Source of the DNA: a virus
Taxonomy: Duplodnaviria > Caudoviricetes
Length of the DNA: 24,261 bases
Strand: one strand, 5' to 3'
IMG/VR virus record: IMGVR_UViG_3300005326_000127
Coordinates: 1 to 24,261 of that record
Part shown: positions 8,075 through 15,582 of the stretch, one piece after another
Position numbering within the stretch: position 1 is the stretch's first letter
Layout: each line of letters begins with the position of its first letter
The notes under the pieces: generated by a model
Database searches by the model: none
Told to the model about the DNA's origin: nothing
The model's input: the letters and a program-made list of their open reading frames with translations, nothing else
Program-made: the position numbers and the translations under genes

Positions 8075-9607
8075 TTAGAACCCCATTGTGTCACGTCGAC
8101 CAGCAACGCCGGTAAAGTCTGAGTAGCCCGCCGCCGGGCGTAGCTGGCCGGTGGAGTGGATTACTGGGTCGAAGCCGCCCTCGAACCTGGTGGCGGCCAC
8201 GGCCATGGCCACGGCAATGGCTGCGTCACCATGGCGCTGCCGTCCATCCTTCCCCTTGGTTTTGGTATCCGGCAGCTTGGCCACGCCCTTGATCATCTTG
8301 ACCGCCAGGTAATCGTCCATGTGGTCGGCATGTTGTGGCACCTCAATGGTGCCGTCGTCAAAGAACGACTTGAATCTGGGCATCTCGTCTCGGTACCAGG
8401 CCTCGGAAAGCATGATCTGGCCGATGCGTTCAGGGCTGTATTTCTGCATGGCCCGCTCGCCGAGGTACTGACCGTTGCCCCGCGAGTCCAGGTTGCCACG
8501 GGTGAAGCGGGGCAGCCGGCCCACGATGTAGTACAGGATCAGTTCCTGCTCCTTGAACGGCACGTTTGCCAGTTCCACCATAAAGGGGACGCGGTAGGTG
8601 AGATCCGGTTTCTCGGCCAGCGGCGCGAAGACTGACAGATCGCCGGTTCTGGCAAAGTCCTCGCCGAAATAATGGGCGCGTTCCGGATCGAGCTGGGCCA
8701 ACAGCGGGGCCAGGTGCTCCTCGCACCAATCGCGGGCCTCGGCCTGGCGGATATGATCCGGCAGGATGGCAAACTCATCCTTGCAAGCCCAGCGCAGGAT
8801 TGGGATATCTTCACGCATGCAGCGCTCTATGACCGCCCTGGTCAGATAGGTGCCACCACCGGCACTCGGGATGCAGAAAAGCTCCTCATCCGCGCCATCT
8901 CCGTACTGGGCGACAATCATCTTGCGCCAGGCTTCCTCGGCCTCCTGGCTCCACTCCTTGCCAAGACGCAGACAGATGCGCTCGTATAGCCCTTCAGCCA
9001 GGGCATCATCCAGGGTTACCCGGTGCAGGCTGTACGGTTTCTTCCCGGCCCGCACCTCCTGGATCACTTCGTTGAAATGGTTGCTGTCTCCGTCATGGGT
9101 GGAGATGATCACCACCTTGCCGCCCCACATGAGCAGCGCCATGGCAGCCTTGATCAGCTCGCCCAGGTTGTCGTGGAAGGCAGCTTCGTCGATGACCACC
9201 TTGCCTTGCTTGCCGCGCAGGTTGGAGGGCCTGCTCGACAGGGCCACTATTTTATGGCCGGAGGCGCAGCGGATGCGGAAGGCCAGGATGTCTTTGTCCT
9301 CGTCATCGAATACAAACTCCTCGACCTCGGAGGCGGCCTTGTCGTAATGCTTGAGCCAGTCGCCGCAGTCCTCAATGAACTCCTGAGCCATGTCCTTGTT
9401 GTAGCCGATGTACCAGACATCCATGCCGCTCTGGCTGGCGGCCAGCAGGGCATCGTCCGCCGCCTCACCCCAGGACAAACCGATGCGTCGTGATTTTTCG
9501 ATGATCTTGACATCCGCATCATCCTCCAGCCAGCGTTGCTGGTAGGACAGCAGCGCCATGGGCGTGCGTTTCGAGCGGTCTTCTTTGACAAAGGTATCTT
9601 CAGTCAT
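8075..9607 (-). CDS. Terminase large subunit (Mu gp28-like)
   Basis: LLSYQQRW, KSRRIGLSW, Walker B VVIDEAAFH, IISTH; nuclease motifs GEDFARTGD and RHGDAAIA. Confidence 0.93.
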   Translation of the reverse strand: MTEDTFVKEDRSKRTPMALLSYQQRWLEDDADVKIIEKSRRIGLSWGEAADDALLAASQSGMDVWYIGYNKDMAQEFIEDCGDWLKHYDKAASEVEEFVFDDEDKDILAFRIRCASGHKIVALSSRPSNLRGKQGKVVIDEAAFHDNLGELIKAAMALLMWGGKVVIISTHDGDSNHFNEVIQEVRAGKKPYSLHRVTLDDALAEGLYERICLRLGKEWSQEAEEAWRKMIVAQYGDGADEELFCIPSAGGGTYLTRAVIERCMREDIPILRWACKDEFAILPDHIRQAEARDWCEEHLAPLLAQLDPERAHYFGEDFARTGDLSVFAPLAEKPDLTYRVPFMVELANVPFKEQELILYYIVGRLPRFTRGNLDSRGNGQYLGERAMQKYSPERIGQIMLSEAWYRDEMPRFKSFFDDGTIEVPQHADHMDDYLAVKMIKGVAKLPDTKTKGKDGRQRHGDAAIAVAMAVAATRFEGGFDPVIHSTGQLRPAAGYSDFTGVAGRRDTMGF

Positions 9608-9609
9608 CG

Positions 9610-10221
9610 CTACTTGCTCAACCCCAGGATCTGCCGACGGATCGCTTCGGCGGCTTCATCGGAAAGACCGCCAGGTTTGCCGGTTTCTTCGGTGCTCGGT
9701 TTGTACTTGGCCGTCAGTTTCTCGACCATCTCCAGGGACTGCTGCATCTCCTTGATCCCGGCGAGCGACACGCCGCCCGGCTGGGTGAGCATGGCGTTGA
9801 CCTTCTTCTCCACCGCTTCTTGCAGGGCTGTCACCGCATCCTCAGCGGTCCTGATCGGCCGCGAAATGCTGCCGGTGGCCGATTCAGCCGGGGCAGCGAT
9901 ACGGTTGTCCCGCGCCTCCTGCTCGATGATCTTGCCGGAGCTGACCAGGGAGGCGAAGGCATAGGCCGTCTGCGGGTCCATGGTTGTGAGCAGGGCGTTG
10001 ACCGCCTTGGCCTTGGCCAGCATTACTCCCCGCCGGATCGTGCTTTGCGCCTGTCGGTACTCCTTGCGCCGCTCCACCCAGCCATCTTCGCCGCCCCAGC
10101 GCTTGAGCTGCGAAAGCGAAACGGTGATCCGTTCCGCCACCTGCTCATAGGTGAGGCCATCGATGATGTAGAGTTCCTCCGCCTGTTCGCGGGTCTCCCA
10201 GGAGTACGATTCCGGGCTCAT
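9610..10221 (-). CDS. Probable terminase small subunit
   Basis: N-terminal HTH (AEELYIIDGLTYEQVAERITVSLSQLKRW), C-terminal GLSDEAAEAIRRQILG; directly upstream of TerL. Confidence 0.75.
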   Translation of the reverse strand: MSPESYSWETREQAEELYIIDGLTYEQVAERITVSLSQLKRWGGEDGWVERRKEYRQAQSTIRRGVMLAKAKAVNALLTTMDPQTAYAFASLVSSGKIIEQEARDNRIAAPAESATGSISRPIRTAEDAVTALQEAVEKKVNAMLTQPGGVSLAGIKEMQQSLEMVEKLTAKYKPSTEETGKPGGLSDEAAEAIRRQILGLSK

Positions 10222-10224
10222 CGA

Positions 10225-10476
10225 TCAGATCCCCAAGGCCTTCTTGATAGCCTTGATCTCTTCAAGCACGCCGCAATACTCAGCATGCTTTCCGGCCAGC
10301 TCCACGGCCTGCGCGGCTGCGATCTCTGCCCGCAGATCCTCGATCTGGGAGAACGGGTCCAAGAGATCACGGACGGCGGCAATATCACCCTGGATGCTCA
10401 TGGCAAGCCGTCTGGCGTCCGCCTCTTTTTCCGCCAGTCTTCCCCGGTGTTTCAGCCGTTCGCTGTCAAGGCCCAT
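10225..10476 (-). CDS. Hypothetical helical protein
   Basis: 83 aa, tightly packed in the operon; GGAGG upstream. Confidence 0.7.
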   Translation of the reverse strand: MGLDSERLKHRGRLAEKEADARRLAMSIQGDIAAVRDLLDPFSQIEDLRAEIAAAQAVELAGKHAEYCGVLEEIKAIKKALGI

Positions 10477-10787
10477 TTTCCAAACCCTCCATCCCGCACG
10501 ATCGGGCAGTTCATATTGTTGTCGATCTTCTCCGCCAGCCGGGTCTGCATCTGTGTGTTCAGGTGGATGATGTTGGCCAGATCACCGGCCAGCCGCTCAT
10601 ACCCCTTGACCAGGAGGATGTTGTCCTCGTACATCCGCACCACCGCTTCAAACCGCTTTTCAGCCGCCTTGCTCTCCTTGTCGTAGCCCTTATGATCCAC
10701 ATACCAGAAGATCAGCACCAGGCCAGGTAGGCCCAACACTGTGACAATGGGCATGATCGTTGACAAAGACAGACCTTCAAACATCAC
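10452..10787 (-). CDS. Hypothetical membrane protein of the lysis/packaging region
   Basis: N-terminal TM segment (IVTVLGLPGLVLIFWY) then coiled coil; AAAGGAGG RBS. Confidence 0.75.
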   Translation of the reverse strand: MMFEGLSLSTIMPIVTVLGLPGLVLIFWYVDHKGYDKESKAAEKRFEAVVRMYEDNILLVKGYERLAGDLANIIHLNTQMQTRLAEKIDNNMNCPIVRDGGFGKWALTANG

Positions 10788-11017
10788 ATCCCTCCTTTCA
10801 GGCGTTCATGTAGTGACTGACACGCCACGCAGCGGGTGCAGCCCGGTTGTTTCTCACGGCGCTCGGCCGGGATATCATCTTCGCAGTCCTCGCAGATCTC
10901 CAAGGATGGAGCCGCCGCCTGCTCGGCCATCTTTGCCCGGTGATCGGCCAGGGCGGCGGCGTTGTGCCGGGCCTGGTAATCCGCCGCTACATCGCCCTCG
11001 TCTCTCGGTTCGTGCAT
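10784..11017 (-). CDS. TraR/DksA C4 zinc-finger protein, 77 aa
   Basis: CEDCEDDIPAERR...PGCTRCVACQ; start moved to ATG 11017 (TAATG overlap with the holin stop). Confidence 0.88.
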   Translation of the reverse strand: MHEPRDEGDVAADYQARHNAAALADHRAKMAEQAAAPSLEICEDCEDDIPAERREKQPGCTRCVACQSLHERLKGGM

Positions 11018-11472
11018 TATTTCGACCCAGTGATAAGACTCAGCATCTTGCCGCTTTGGCCCCGCTTCTCGGCGCTGCGACCGATCATCCAGATCGAGCA
11101 GACCCCGCCCCAGGTCAGCCAAAATTGCTCCGGCAGTTGAATCGCCGGCAGCTCGATCGGCTTACCCATGAGGGTCAGGATCAGCCAGGCGAGCACCGGC
11201 AGCAGCACATGGACCAGGCCGATAGAGAGCAGGCCGAAATAGACGATGCTCGGCCGAGCCCGCTTGGTGTAATTGTCGCCCTGGGCCATCTCGGCGGTGA
11301 TCACCGACCGCTGCATATCGATGAGGGCGGTCTCCCGTTGCTCCAGCATCTGTTCAATTTGGATCTGGGCAGCGGCCTTTTCCGTGTCGCTCATGGCGGG
11401 CGGAAAGAATCTGTTGACCAGACCCTTGGCCAAGTCGGCCACCGAGCCAAGCCCGGTTAAATCAAGTCCCAT
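11017..11472 (-). CDS. Holin (3TM/GTA-type family)
   Basis: ITAEMAQGDNYTKRARPSIVY, TM segments, W.IGRSAEK; next to the endolysin. Confidence 0.8.
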   Translation of the reverse strand: MGLDLTGLGSVADLAKGLVNRFFPPAMSDTEKAAAQIQIEQMLEQRETALIDMQRSVITAEMAQGDNYTKRARPSIVYFGLLSIGLVHVLLPVLAWLILTLMGKPIELPAIQLPEQFWLTWGGVCSIWMIGRSAEKRGQSGKMLSLITGSK

Positions 11473-11481
11473 GGTTGCCTC

Positions 11482-11868
11482 CTAATAAGTCCACACCCGA
11501 GGGCGTGGATGGGTGGTGGGCGGCATGTCGTCCAGGTGGATGAACCTGGATGCGAACGGCCCTTTCTGCTTGATGCCGAGCCCGGAGAAGCCGACTGTCA
11601 TTGCCAGTTGCAAGAGCTTGTGGGCGTCTGCCCCGGAGATAGCGATATCCACCGCGCCCACGGTATGCGGCCCGGCATCGCCGGTCTCGGAGACGTCCGC
11701 ATTGTGCCTGGGGCAGCGATATCCGGAGGTGATGATCATGGGCTTGTCAAAGGCGTTGCGCAGATCCTCCAACTTGTCGAGGAAGGCTTGCGGAATCTCC
11801 ATGCGATCGCAGCCGCATTTGCACTTCAGTTCATTGCGTGAAAAATGCTTGGTAGCCATAAGGCCCAT
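11482..11868 (-). CDS. Endolysin, peptidase M15A family
   Basis: HFSRNELKCKCGC, ITSGYRCPRHN, H..GAVDI and FIHLD zinc-peptidase motifs; GGAGG RBS before ATG 11868. Confidence 0.9.
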   Translation of the reverse strand: MGLMATKHFSRNELKCKCGCDRMEIPQAFLDKLEDLRNAFDKPMIITSGYRCPRHNADVSETGDAGPHTVGAVDIAISGADAHKLLQLAMTVGFSGLGIKQKGPFASRFIHLDDMPPTTHPRPRVWTY

Positions 11869-11919
11869 GCGTTTGTCCTCCGCTTTTTCTTCTTCATCGT
11901 GCCTTGCCTCCATCGCGGG

Positions 11920-11954
11920 AAAAGCATCCGGACCGGACAGTCCGGCCCGGATGC
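11920..11954 (-). terminator. Long hairpin plus UUUU upstream of the lysis operon
   Basis: Minus strand GCATCCGGGCCGGA-CTG-TCCGGTCCGGATGC then TTTT; 14-bp stem with one G-U. Confidence 0.45.
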
Positions 11955-12017
11955 GCAAGGGAAGGTGGGTGGTGCGTTCAGGGATATATGTACAGGGGTT
12001 TGGGGGAGGGGATAAGT

Positions 12018-12029
12018 TGAAGCGTTTCA
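12018..12029. promoter_or_regulatory. Candidate Mor/C activator site of the late (lysis) promoter
   Basis: Dyad TGAA-N4-TTCA upstream of the first lysis gene, similar in geometry to Mu Mor/C sites; no clean -10 found. Confidence 0.5.
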
Positions 12030-12103
12030 GTGGTGGGATTGCAGTGGGGAGGAGAAAGCTGGGGGGTGGGGTGGCGGCAAAGGGGCCGCCCTATCGTGGG
12101 AAA

Positions 12104-12478
12104 TTACTTGAGAGGTACGTCAATGGCCCAGGTGTCTATCGGTAGGTTGAAGTGCTGGATTGTGCTATTGAGCCGCAGCCAGTACACGCGGTCCTGTTGA
12201 TCCTCCAGGATGAGCACCACCCCGGCCCGCTTGCCGGTTTGCAGCGCGTAATACAGGCTCTGGCCGATGGCCTCGGCCCACTTCTTGCCGAAGTCAAACT
12301 CCACGGCATGGGTGGCGGTGAGGCAGTCGCAGCGGGTTTTGTCCGGCAGCACATACTCAACCTGACCACGACCTTGGCACCATTGCTCCTGATACCATTT
12401 TTCATTGTGCTGCCGCTTGGCATCTGCCATGTTCGGCAGGCACAGGCAGACGAACAAAATCAACATTGTCTTTTTCAT
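12104..12478 (-). CDS. Predicted exported protein with a PD-(D/E)xK-like motif set, 124 aa
   Basis: Signal peptide MKKTMLILFVCLCLPNMADA; VEYVLPDKTRCDCLT.THAVEFD...WAEAIGQSLYYA; TAAGGAG RBS. Confidence 0.75.
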   Translation of the reverse strand: MKKTMLILFVCLCLPNMADAKRQHNEKWYQEQWCQGRGQVEYVLPDKTRCDCLTATHAVEFDFGKKWAEAIGQSLYYALQTGKRAGVVLILEDQQDRVYWLRLNSTIQHFNLPIDTWAIDVPLK

Positions 12479-12491
12479 GGTTTTTTGCTCC

Positions 12492-12695
12492 TTACAGCGC
12501 ATCGCGTAGCCCTGCGGCAATCAGCCGCGCTCGCAATTTCTTCATGGCCCGGCGCTCGATCTGCCAGATCAGCGACCGCGAGCAGTCGCATACTTCCGCG
12601 ATCTCTTGACAGGTCAATCGCAGGCCGCGAGGGTTTGTGATCGCCAGTATAGCCAGTCAGGCGTCAATCGTGTCGTTTTTTTGCTGACCTTCCAT
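12492..12695 (-). pseudogene. Small sigma-70 region 4 HTH gene with in-frame TGA at codon 13
   Basis: MEGQQKNDTIDA*LAILAITNPRGLRLTCQEIAEVCDCSRSLIWQIERRAMKKLRARL; TGATG overlap with mor; TGA at 12657-12659. Confidence 0.75.
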
Positions 12696-13105
12696 CAAAA
12701 CAACCCCATCTGTCGCGGGTCAGGTTTGCCGAGAATCAACCAGACCGACCGCTCACATATCCGGCGCTGATCCCCTGGCCATTCACGACCGGCCATTTCC
12801 TTGACCACCTTCGTTGCGGTTTCTCCGGCTGTGGTGCGGCGGTCGAACTCCTCGATGATCATGCCGTCGCGGTACCGGCGCCACCATGTGCCGAGGTTGT
12901 GACAATAGAGGGCTGTTCCCCGGTACGCATCTCCGATGACAAAGGCGGATCTGGCTGCCAGCATGTTGGCATCTCCAGCCAGATCCGGACGGAACGCCAC
13001 AAGCACTTCGGCAATGAGTTCCGCCACGTTACGCAGCTCGCTGGGGAGTTGCTCCGGCGCGGTGGGCAGATGCTCATCCGGGATGTTTACCAGGCAGCCT
13101 CCCAT
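12695..13105 (-). CDS. Mor/C-family transcription activator
   Basis: LPSELRNVAELI, YRGTALY, YRDGMIIEEF and ERSVWLIL..RQMGLF pattern; follows gemA with TGATG overlap. Confidence 0.75.
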   Translation of the reverse strand: MGGCLVNIPDEHLPTAPEQLPSELRNVAELIAEVLVAFRPDLAGDANMLAARSAFVIGDAYRGTALYCHNLGTWWRRYRDGMIIEEFDRRTTAGETATKVVKEMAGREWPGDQRRICERSVWLILGKPDPRQMGLF

Positions 13106-13569
13106 CAATCCGGCTCCGGATCGATGCCGACATTCACGCACCGCTTACGCAGATCCGTGACCAGGACGAACAGGCCGTGATCGTCTTCCAGCCACTCGAA
13201 CCGCTCCACGTTGAACTGCTTTTTGCAGCGGGCATGCAACTTGGCCACGTCATAGCCAAGGGCGTTCCACAGGGCCAGGATGTAGCGCTTTTGCTTTGCG
13301 CTCGGTCCCGGTTTGATCTCGATAAAATTGTCATCCTTGCGGCGCTGATCAGCGCGGCCATGCTTTACCACCGCGCCCTTCTTCGGCCGCCAGCCTTTAG
13401 CCCGGAACTTGTTGAGCAGCACTATAACCTGCTGAGGCTTGAGGTCTTTGGCACTGTCCACCTGAAAATGCAGGTGCAGCATATCCCGGTAGGCCTCATC
13501 GGTGAGGCCCAGCTCTTTCTTGGCGATGTGGATCTTGGCGAGATCTGCGGGGGTCGGCATCTCATTCAC
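13105..13569 (-). CDS. gemA: GemA regulatory protein (Mu gp16, DUF1018)
   Basis: LAKIHIAKKELGLTDEAYRDML...SAKDL...F..KGW and I.ALW motifs. Confidence 0.88.
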   Translation of the reverse strand: MNEMPTPADLAKIHIAKKELGLTDEAYRDMLHLHFQVDSAKDLKPQQVIVLLNKFRAKGWRPKKGAVVKHGRADQRRKDDNFIEIKPGPSAKQKRYILALWNALGYDVAKLHARCKKQFNVERFEWLEDDHGLFVLVTDLRKRCVNVGIDPEPD

Positions 13570-13750
13570 CGCGCTTGACGGTCAGATTTATATTTATGGG
13601 CAGGCGCTTCTTATCCAGCCCCCAGGCGATCAGCAAGAACACTGCAACATTCATGTCGCTCATAATCAAGTATTTGACTTCCTGTGAGGCACCAAGAGCC
13701 GAGAACACTGTTGCTGACACACATATCGCAAACGAGATCAGGTAATTCAT
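13562..13750 (-). CDS. Small two-TM membrane protein
   Basis: 62 aa, overlaps both neighbours, GGAGG RBS. Confidence 0.6.
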   Translation of the reverse strand: MNYLISFAICVSATVFSALGASQEVKYLIMSDMNVAVFLLIAWGLDKKRLPININLTVKRGE

Positions 13751-14235
13751 TCACATCCCTCCATCAATTTGGCCAGTGGGTTGGTGCTGGCAATGCGTTC
13801 CCTGGATTGGCTCCCGGACCGTTCACTCTCGTTGCGCTGTTTCTCGCCCTTGGCGTCCGCCTCGTCTGCAAGCTGCCAGGCGACCTGGCGCAGGTAGTTG
13901 TGGTTCGGCATGGGCCTGGTGATCCGGTCCCTCCGGTCCAGCATCTGCCCCATGGCCTCGGCCCAGATCCTGGGCGGGCAGGGGCGGGATGGTTTACCCT
14001 GCACCTGGACGTGGCCGGAGCCGACGAGCTGCGCCAGCGCCGTCACGATATTTTTAGCTTTCTTCCAGCTCAAGGCTTTGCTCTCCGGCCGGAACAGCCC
14101 CAGATACGGCAGGCAGGCTTCCGGCAGCGGATGCGGCAACCGGGCCACGACAAGCAACAGATCGCGGGCCTCGGCATCGTTGAGCCACGCCTCTACCGAT
14201 GCGGTGAGGCCGCAGCCTGGGCAGATCAACCGCAT
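13747..14235 (-). CDS. Mu-like early protein with N-terminal CPxCG
   Basis: MRLICPGCG, YLGLFRP...LSW, W.EAM..ML and P..NHNYL motifs recurrent in Mu-like early operons. Confidence 0.8.
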   Translation of the reverse strand: MRLICPGCGLTASVEAWLNDAEARDLLLVVARLPHPLPEACLPYLGLFRPESKALSWKKAKNIVTALAQLVGSGHVQVQGKPSRPCPPRIWAEAMGQMLDRRDRITRPMPNHNYLRQVAWQLADEADAKGEKQRNESERSGSQSRERIASTNPLAKLMEGCE

Positions 14236-14414
14236 ATGTCACCGTTTTTCTGCGGCATCAGCCGGTCGACATATTCGTCCAGGAGCGCGAAAATACTTTG
14301 CAGCTCGTCGAGTTCTTCGCCTATCACCGCCGCATAGGCTATCTCGTAACCCATGACCGGCTTCATGTTTCGCAGGCATTGCCTGATATGATCGATTCTT
14401 TCGCTGGGGGTCAT
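14226..14414 (-). CDS. Hypothetical protein (start uncertain)
   Basis: MTPSERIDHIRQCL..., 62 aa; the frame stays open further upstream. Confidence 0.45.
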   Translation of the reverse strand: MTPSERIDHIRQCLRNMKPVMGYEIAYAAVIGEELDELQSIFALLDEYVDRLMPQKNGDICG

Positions 14415-14529
14415 GCTCAGGCCTTCACATTCCAATTGTATTACCACCGGGCACCAATCGCACCAGCCGCCTGGGCAGATTGTCGGTCTGTTTTGTGTCA
14501 CACGATTCGCTATCAAAATCCGTTGAGTC

Positions 14530-14775
14530 TCATTTTTTCGTCTCTGCACACTCAAATTTCCAAAGAAACGGTTCTGGCCCCGGCAAGTCTGTCTTTCCAA
14601 AACCAACAGGCCGAAGACCAATAATTCTATCAGCCTGCCCCTTTAATCTATGCGCTTGCCTGTATGAGATTCCGTATCGAGACTGGATATCTCTCACGGT
14701 GAACCGTCTCCCCCCCCCGAAATAAAGGGCAAAATCGATCCCCTTTTCAAAAGGCGTTGCCCCATCAAGAAACAT
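14530..14775 (-). CDS. Small HTH-like protein, 81 aa
   Basis: FTVRDIQSRYGISYRQAHRL HTH pattern; GGAGGGAG RBS and TGATG overlap. Confidence 0.6.
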   Translation of the reverse strand: MFLDGATPFEKGIDFALYFGGGRRFTVRDIQSRYGISYRQAHRLKGQADRIIGLRPVGFGKTDLPGPEPFLWKFECAETKK

Positions 14776-14993
14776 CAATTCTCCCTCCATTGGCATTTAT
14801 CACATGCAGCCATTTTGCCTCGCGCCTCCCGGCACCACTCAACGCTGGCCCCGGCCAGGAGTCCTGTGGTCGGATACGCCGGACAGCCGATCAGTCGCGG
14901 CCCGGCACTTTTGGCTCTCCGCAGCTTGACCAGAACAGGCTTGCGATGCGCTGGACGTTTTTCCTCTTCCTGTTCCATGGGTTCTGCGCTCAT
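14775..14993 (-). CDS. Hypothetical Cys-containing protein
   Basis: 72 aa; AAAGGA RBS immediately 3' of the hammerhead. Confidence 0.6.
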   Translation of the reverse strand: MSAEPMEQEEEKRPAHRKPVLVKLRRAKSAGPRLIGCPAYPTTGLLAGASVEWCREARGKMAACDKCQWREN

Positions 14994-15003
14994 TTCTATC
15001 CTT

Positions 15004-15066
15004 TGGCTGCATCATCAGACCCAGGGAGCCGCCCCTGGATGACCGGGTCGAAGCCCGGTTTCGCAT
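15004..15066 (-). ncRNA. Type II hammerhead ribozyme
   Basis: Minus strand UGC-GAAA-CCGGG(CUUCGA)CCCGG-UC/-AUCCAGGG(GCGGCU)CCCUGGGU-CUGAUGA-U-GCA-GCC: complete core, stems I and III closed, loop I GGCU pairs with 3' AGCC. Confidence 0.9.
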
Positions 15067-15067
15067 A

Positions 15068-15355
15068 TTAGAGCCCGACACCATCGATACACCGGGGGAT
15101 CTCATCGCCGACCGTATCCGGGACACGAGTCTCAACCATCCGTTGATACAGCTCGACACGCTCAATCAGGAGCCCAACACTTTCGATGTGCTCGGGGTTC
15201 GCCCCGTACCGAACACACTCCTCACGGTATGCTTTCAGCGCAGCAGGCACCGCCTTGTCCTTTGCGCAAAACACCATGGCGGTTTCTTCGGTGTAGATTT
15301 TCCCTGTTACAGGGTTTACGGCCAACAATTTAAACTTCCGGTCAATTACGTTCAT
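15068..15355 (-). CDS. Hypothetical phage protein
   Basis: 95 aa; VFCAKDKAVPAALKAY motif; GAGG/TAAGG RBS. Confidence 0.8.
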   Translation of the reverse strand: MNVIDRKFKLLAVNPVTGKIYTEETAMVFCAKDKAVPAALKAYREECVRYGANPEHIESVGLLIERVELYQRMVETRVPDTVGDEIPRCIDGVGL

Positions 15356-15357
15356 CC

Positions 15358-15579
15358 TTACCTCCTCACGAAAGAAAGCTGCTTAGTTTCCGGGTCCATC
15401 CGCACCCAGCCAATTACCCCAGCCCGGTCAAGATTTTCCCGCTGAAGTCTGGCGATATCATCGAAGAGCCTCTGGTTGCGGAAGGACAAAAACATGGCAA
15501 CGGCAAGCAAGAGGACGCACAGCGCGACCACTACCTTCGCTGACCTCTCCGTGCCGACACCACAGTTCGGGCTTTCCAT
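15358..15579 (-). CDS. Small single-TM protein
   Basis: 73 aa, hydrophobic VVVALCVLLLAVAMFL; tightly packed. Confidence 0.65.
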   Translation of the reverse strand: MESPNCGVGTERSAKVVVALCVLLLAVAMFLSFRNQRLFDDIARLQRENLDRAGVIGWVRMDPETKQLSFVRR

Positions 15580-15582
15580 CGC

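Noticed and set aside
11869-11958. N-terminal extension of the endolysin in the ORF track
   Set aside because: Runs through the leader hairpin; GGAGG supports ATG 11868.
12657-12659. Genome-wide stop-codon recoding or a confident selenoprotein call
   Set aside because: TGA acts as a normal stop in many coupled genes here, and no clear SECIS hairpin follows.
14839-15165. 108-aa minus ORF crossing the ribozyme
   Set aside because: Low-complexity Arg/Ser/Gly sequence overlapping two better genes; the gap is explained by the hammerhead.
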